DNA of 64,000 nucleotides from Holosporaceae bacterium (GTDB lineage Bacteria; Pseudomonadota; Alphaproteobacteria; UBA3830): NCBI GenBank assembly GCA_031288395.1, contig JAITRM010000029.1, positions 31,782 to 95,781 of the forward strand, read 5' to 3'. Shown piece by piece: positions 59,304 to 64,000 of this stretch (position 1 is its first letter; each line of letters starts with the position of its first letter). The notes under the pieces were generated by a model. It saw only the letters and a program-made list of their open reading frames with translations, ran no database searches and was not told where the DNA came from. The position numbers and the translations under genes were made by a program.

Positions 59304-59891
59304 ATGATCTCGGCGAAAGAGCTAAATGTTTCACGTGAAACATATGAAAAACTGAAGATATACGAAAGCCTGCTGTTGAAATGGCAGAAAGCAATTAATC
59401 TTGTTTCACGTGGAACATTGGAGCACTATTGGGAAAGGCATGTGCGAGACAGCCTGCAAATTATTCCGCACATTAGGGGAAAAAATATTCTGGACATTGG
59501 TTCCGGCGGTGGTTTTCCGGGAATGGTTTTGGCGATGGTCGGGGATTGGGATGTGGTTTGCGTAGATTCGGACAAAAGAAAGATGCTGTTTCTCGCGGAA
59601 GTAGCTCGAATGACTGATACTGCGGTGCGTTTGGAGGCGTGCAGGATCGAACAGCTCCGGCTAAATGGATTTGATACCCTATGCGCCCGAGGATTTGCCA
59701 GCCTGACGAAGCTGCTCGATGTAATGGTGGGACTTCGGTCCGAATATGGAGTTTTTCTGAAGGGAGCCAAACTGGAGGCCGAGCTGGAAAAGGCCGCCAC
59801 CCAATTCGATTTCAAATATGAAAAGCGTCCCAGCGAGACAAACGGGAACGGCTACATTTTGACCGTGCATTCCATTGGAAAAAGAAAATAA
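59304..59891 (+). CDS. rsmG: 16S rRNA (guanine527-N7)-methyltransferase
   Basis: 195 aa with VSRETYEKLKIYESLLLKWQKAINLVS...WERHVRDSL and the SAM motif ILDIGSGGGFPG. Confidence 0.92.
   Translation: MISAKELNVSRETYEKLKIYESLLLKWQKAINLVSRGTLEHYWERHVRDSLQIIPHIRGKNILDIGSGGGFPGMVLAMVGDWDVVCVDSDKRKMLFLAEVARMTDTAVRLEACRIEQLRLNGFDTLCARGFASLTKLLDVMVGLRSEYGVFLKGAKLEAELEKAATQFDFKYEKRPSETNGNGYILTVHSIGKRK
59327..59342. promoter_or_regulatory. parS: parS-type ParB binding site 2 (exact consensus)
   Basis: TGTTTCACGTGAAACA is a perfect palindrome and an exact match to the canonical parS consensus. It lies inside rsmG, where codons 9-13 read V-S-R-E-T. Confidence 0.85.
59402..59417. promoter_or_regulatory. 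parS: parS-type ParB binding site 3
   Basis: TGTTTCACGTGGAACA combines one half-site from each of sites 1 and 2. It lies inside rsmG, where codons 34-38 read V-S-R-G-T. Confidence 0.75.
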
Positions 59892-59893
59892 TC

Positions 59894-62467
59894 ATGGGCA
59901 CAATATATAATATCCAGCTCAACGGTTGCTTTCTGAAGGAAATGGCGGCCTTAATAGGGAAAAAAACCACAAACCATCGCCGCAATTATCACGTGTTTCT
60001 TCCGAACTTGAGAAGTTGTCGCGAATTGAGAACATGTATGCTGTCCCTGCCCGAATGGAGTGGCCGCCCTTTGCCCCCCATAAGCTCCGTTTCGGATTTT
60101 TTCTCCTTCGAAGATCAAAAAATGACGCTTCTGCTGATGAATCTGCTCAAAAGCAAAAATTCTTCCGTCCCCGCTGACGCGCTGTTCTCCCTCGCCGAAA
60201 GTCTGGAGTCATTGCTGAAGGAGCTGATCTTTAACGACGTCTCGCTGCGGCGGTTGAATGGCATAATTCCTCAGAATTTAGCGGAGCGCTGGGGGCATAC
60301 GCTGGCAATTTTGGACGATATTTTTGAAACGGACGAAATATCGCGGCTCCTCAAGGCTGTAAAAGCAAGAATCGTAAATTTTGCGAACCTGCCCAATGGT
60401 CAGGATATAATTGCCGCTGGCATCAGAGACGCCAACCATTATGTGCGGCTATTCTTGAAACATGTGGCGGCTTCCCAAAATGGAGCGCTGGTTGTTTTCG
60501 GATCGGAATCTTCGGCCCATAAAAATTATGAAGCCAATTCCATCCTTATGAACGCCATCGATTCCGGCCATACAGCCCAATGGGAATACTGCGCTCCAAT
60601 CACTGATAACCCGAGTTCTTCCGGATCTTCCAGAACGATTGAAGAATTCAAGACCAGCGCCGAAGAGGCTTTCGCCGTCGCCTTGGCGATACGCAGGGCC
60701 CTATTCGAAAACCAGAGCGTGCTCGTCGTTTCTCCCCATCGACGTCTGGCGGAAAAAATAAAAAAAGAGCTCCTCCGCTGGAATATTTTTGCGGATGATT
60801 CAATGGGACACCCTTTTTCCAAAACTCGAAGCGGCTTGGCGACGGCCTTGGCGATGGATCTGATATCCCGACAATCGGATGTGCGGTCGGTGCTGGACCT
60901 GCTGAAATCCAGCCAAAATTATGCCGCCACCGCTCAGGAATTGGAAGAGTTTTTCCGAAAACGGCCGGCGATTCCATCGGATTTTTTTGCCGCTCTGAAC
61001 CTCTGGGACCGAAAGGATGAAAATCCGGATTTCTCAAAGTTGGTGGCCAAAATGCAGGCGTTCAGAATTGACGCACGGCGGCGGCGCACGTTCGCGGAGT
61101 GGCATTCGGACTGCTGCGCAATTCTTTCCATGATTAATCCCGAAGACGCGGCGCAACTTCTGGCGGTTTCAGAAGGCATTTTGTCGCTCCAGGAGCTATT
61201 GCCTCCGATGAATTTTGAGGAATTTCGTATATTTTTTGCCAATCGAGTGCTCGCAGCGCCCCAGAGAGAAACCGACAGCTATACGGAGGGCGTGACGATT
61301 CTCGGCGCCATAGAGGCTCAGCTGCTGGACGCAGACCTGGTTATCATCGCCGGAGCCAACGAAGAGTCCTGGTCAGAATCCGAAAACAACGATTTCTGGC
61401 TGACGAAATCCATGCTAAAAAGTCTGAAAATTCAGTCTGTGGAGACTCTAAACGATTTTTTCCGAAGTATTTTTGAGCGTTTGTGGCACAAAAATCAAGT
61501 GCTGGTCACCAGGTCTGAAGTTATCAACGGTCTGCCGCAGCGAAAATATAGATTTCTGGAAATGTTGAATCGAAATCAGAGCGCGGCAGAAAATACCCTC
61601 CGGCAGCTGGTGTTGAGAATACGAAAGTCCCGGGAGCGAGAAATGGTACGATTTGAGGAGCCCAATCCAGAGTTGCATTGTCGCCCCCGTAAACTCTGGG
61701 CCTCGGACGTCGATTTATTGGCCAATAACCCCTACGCCTTTTACGCCAAAAGAATTCTTCGTTTGTCGGAATTAAACGACATAAATAACCCAAAAAGCAT
61801 CCGGGGAAATTATCTCCACGCGCTGTTGGAATCATTCATAAAGCACTCGCCGGACAAAACGGATTTGGCAAAGTTGAATTCTATCGCGGAAAAAATCTTA
61901 AAAGACAGATGGTTAAAGCCTTCCCAATTGGGGTTATGGTTTTTCAGAAAAGAGCAGACTTTCGCCTTCGTAGTCGCTCACCTGGACAACAATCGCAAAT
62001 ACTTCGCAGAAATTTCCGGAGATTTTGCGCTGCAAATATCCCCCGACTGCGAAGTGCGCATAGGTTGTAGGGCTGATAGAATAGACCTGAGCGCGGACGG
62101 CGATTTATCCATAATCGATTATAAAACCGGGATGACGCCGAGCCGCAACAAGATAGAGGAAGGCATTAGGGTGCAGCTTCCGGTTGAAGCTCTAATTGCC
62201 CAAAACGATGGCTTTGGGATCGAGCGCACATCCGTGGAGAAGTTGATTTTCTGGCGCTTGGGCGGAACCAATGGAGGCGAGGAAAAAATCATCTGCGCCA
62301 ATCGGACGGAAACGGAAAAACTGTGCGCTAAAACATGCGCGTCGCTAAAAAAAATGATCAATAAATACAATGTATTGGGATCTTCCTACGCCCCAAATGT
62401 CGACGCTCCCTACGACAGGGCATATTTGCACCTGGCCCGGGTCAAGGAGTGGCGCAATGCCTGGTGA
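59894..62467 (+). CDS. addB: Double-strand break repair protein AddB (alphaproteobacterial type, PD-(D/E)XK nuclease C-domain)
   Basis: 857 aa. The C-terminal nuclease block is GCRADRIDLSADGDLSIIDYKTG. It sits immediately upstream of, and overlaps, a UvrD-like AddA gene, which is the alpha-type addB-addA order. Confidence 0.8.
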   Translation: MGTIYNIQLNGCFLKEMAALIGKKTTNHRRNYHVFLPNLRSCRELRTCMLSLPEWSGRPLPPISSVSDFFSFEDQKMTLLLMNLLKSKNSSVPADALFSLAESLESLLKELIFNDVSLRRLNGIIPQNLAERWGHTLAILDDIFETDEISRLLKAVKARIVNFANLPNGQDIIAAGIRDANHYVRLFLKHVAASQNGALVVFGSESSAHKNYEANSILMNAIDSGHTAQWEYCAPITDNPSSSGSSRTIEEFKTSAEEAFAVALAIRRALFENQSVLVVSPHRRLAEKIKKELLRWNIFADDSMGHPFSKTRSGLATALAMDLISRQSDVRSVLDLLKSSQNYAATAQELEEFFRKRPAIPSDFFAALNLWDRKDENPDFSKLVAKMQAFRIDARRRRTFAEWHSDCCAILSMINPEDAAQLLAVSEGILSLQELLPPMNFEEFRIFFANRVLAAPQRETDSYTEGVTILGAIEAQLLDADLVIIAGANEESWSESENNDFWLTKSMLKSLKIQSVETLNDFFRSIFERLWHKNQVLVTRSEVINGLPQRKYRFLEMLNRNQSAAENTLRQLVLRIRKSREREMVRFEEPNPELHCRPRKLWASDVDLLANNPYAFYAKRILRLSELNDINNPKSIRGNYLHALLESFIKHSPDKTDLAKLNSIAEKILKDRWLKPSQLGLWFFRKEQTFAFVVAHLDNNRKYFAEISGDFALQISPDCEVRIGCRADRIDLSADGDLSIIDYKTGMTPSRNKIEEGIRVQLPVEALIAQNDGFGIERTSVEKLIFWRLGGTNGGEEKIICANRTETEKLCAKTCASLKKMINKYNVLGSSYAPNVDAPYDRAYLHLARVKEWRNAW

Positions 62468-64000
62468 AATAAGAGACATTGAGGCGTCGCTGTGGATTTC
62501 TGCCTCCGCTGGAACGGGAAAGACGAAGAGTCTGGTGGAAAGGATTCTGGCGCTGCTGCTCAGCGGAGCAAAAGCTTCTAAAATTCTCTGCCTGACGTAC
62601 ACCAACGCCGCCGCCGCGGAAATGCTGGGGCGATTATCTGGCATTTGTCGTCGATGGAATCAAGCGGCCCAGGAGGATTTGCTCAGAGAGCTGAAAGACA
62701 TGGGCTTCGATGAATCCTACGCTAAGTTGGCCAGATCGCTCCGGGAAAAAAGCCTCGGCTCGGAGTGGGTGTGCATCCAGACCATACATAGCTTTTGCCT
62801 CGGCATACTGCGGCGCTTTCCATTGGAAACCGGATTGCTCCCGGGCATAAAATTATGCGATGGCTACCGGCGCAAACAAATGCTTGACGCGGCCGTTGAA
62901 AGCGTCTTGGTCGACGAAAAACATCGCGCTCACTGGGAGACGGTCGCAGCTCATGTCACGGACGTTATGAGCCTTTTGACGGACGATAATATTACGAAAA
63001 TTCAACATTTTGTGGCGAAAATACAGGATTTTACCGGCCTATACGGCGATTTTTTCAATCTGGATCGGGATTACTACGGTCTTAGCAACCAAGAACTGAA
63101 CGAAAGATTGTTTTTAAAAATATTCGACAATCGCCATAGGGGCCTATTTGCGGAATTGGCTGAAATTCTATTTTCAGGCAGCGCAACTGATGTAAAAAAA
63201 GCCGAAATATTGCGCGCAAATTCCGCCAATCCCACAGAAAAGTTCGTCGACGCGTTTCTAAAAAGCACCGGCCAAATCTACGATAGATTATGCACAAAGG
63301 CAATTGCTGGCGCTGGTTTTCAAGAGCGCATGGCAGAAGTCGCGTTAAAAGCCCTGCAATTTCAGGATATTAGGAGAAACTACGCCGCGGCGAAGGCAAA
63401 CGTGGCCTTTTTTTCCGTGGCCAGCAAAATAGTTCAAAAATTTACGGAGCTGAAATCCCTCAATCACTGCTTGGATTTCAGCGACGTTATTGCCGTTACG
63501 GCAATGCTGCTGGACGACATAGACTGGATCGTATACAAGATTGACGGCAACGTAGATCACATTTTGATCGATGAAGCCCAGGATACCAGCCCCGAGCAAT
63601 GGGAGATTATTCGAAAAATTTCCGACGAGTTTTTCGCAAATTATCGATCAAACAGGACGCTTTGCGTGGTGGGCGACGAGAAGCAGTCCATATATTCATT
63701 TCAGGGCGCGGACGTTAAATTATTTGGCAAAATGCGCGCCTACTTCAAAAATCGCTCGACGGTCTGCGGCCAAAAATTTCATGAGGTTTTGCTGAACGAA
63801 TCCTACAGAACGACCGGCGGCATACTTTCCTTTGTGGACGACGTTTTTGCGGGCACGTTTCCGGGCATAAAACATCTGTCGCGACGCGACGCGCGCTCTG
63901 GAGTTGTGGAGATAGTGGATCTTTTTGAGGAGGACGATCCGCAGGAGGAAACGGTCTTTTGGGAGAGGGACGATGCCCGGAGGCTAAGCTCCGCGGGAAA
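62457..64000 (+). CDS. addA: Double-strand break repair helicase AddA (UvrD/PcrA-like), 5' part; ORF runs off the right edge
   Basis: Absent from the track because it has no stop in the window. From ATG 62457 I read MPGEIRDIEASLWISASAGTGKTKSLVERI... with no stop to position 64000. Helicase motifs are ASAGTGKTK (Walker A), LCLTYTNAAAAEM, ILIDEAQDTSPEQW and VGDEKQSIYSFQGA. Confidence 0.88.
   Translation, partial: MPGEIRDIEASLWISASAGTGKTKSLVERILALLLSGAKASKILCLTYTNAAAAEMLGRLSGICRRWNQAAQEDLLRELKDMGFDESYAKLARSLREKSLGSEWVCIQTIHSFCLGILRRFPLETGLLPGIKLCDGYRRKQMLDAAVESVLVDEKHRAHWETVAAHVTDVMSLLTDDNITKIQHFVAKIQDFTGLYGDFFNLDRDYYGLSNQELNERLFLKIFDNRHRGLFAELAEILFSGSATDVKKAEILRANSANPTEKFVDAFLKSTGQIYDRLCTKAIAGAGFQERMAEVALKALQFQDIRRNYAAAKANVAFFSVASKIVQKFTELKSLNHCLDFSDVIAVTAMLLDDIDWIVYKIDGNVDHILIDEAQDTSPEQWEIIRKISDEFFANYRSNRTLCVVGDEKQSIYSFQGADVKLFGKMRAYFKNRSTVCGQKFHEVLLNESYRTTGGILSFVDDVFAGTFPGIKHLSRRDARSGVVEIVDLFEEDDPQEETVFWERDDARRLSSAG

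Noticed and set aside
1-64000. Looked for CRISPR arrays, IS elements/transposases, integrases, prophage genes, toxin-antitoxin pairs, restriction-modification or other defence islands, and secretion-system clusters.
   Set aside because: I found none. Every ORF over 100 aa that is not a shadow ORF is assigned to a housekeeping family, apart from the two secreted orphans reported in the findings.

Overview
This is a compact, almost fully coding chromosomal segment with about 57 protein genes and 3 tRNAs. I infer it comes from an alphaproteobacterium with a reduced and heavily rearranged genome. The evidence is: a split F0 operon atpB-atpE-atpF'-atpF with duplicated b/b' subunits; LpxI-type lipid A synthesis; alpha-type AddB/AddA; the lspA - small lipoprotein - M16 peptidase order; and the envC-like - ctpA - yibQ-like - rppH order.

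The content is mainly housekeeping: rpoB/rpoC, accB/accC, lepA, pheS/pheT, tyrS, ileS-lspA, dapD/dapE/dapF, murA, murJ, pgsA, pgk, pgi, galU/ugd, rnhA, rnj, birA, trxA, rsmG, rsmI and addBA. The tRNAs are Val(UAC), Arg(ACG) and Val(GAC).

I saw no rRNA, CRISPR array, transposase, integrase, phage gene, toxin-antitoxin pair or recognisable defence or secretion gene cluster, so I cannot point to a clear multi-gene novel system.

The items most worth follow-up are:
1. An 839-aa protein with an N-terminal signal peptide, made almost entirely of low-complexity modules with in-frame tandem DNA repeats (41470-43989).
2. Three parS-type palindromes within 151 bp at the trxA/rsmG junction. Two are embedded in the rsmG reading frame, and there is no parAB nearby.
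3. Two in-frame fusions of genes that are normally separate neighbours (LpxI-LpxB, and YibQ-like deacetylase-RppH).
4. A second orphan secreted protein with a consensus promoter (53638-54748).
5. Two ORFs missing from the supplied track: a partial porin at the left edge and a 45-codon lipoprotein after lspA.

All calls come from reading the sequence and from remembered family motifs. No searches were run.
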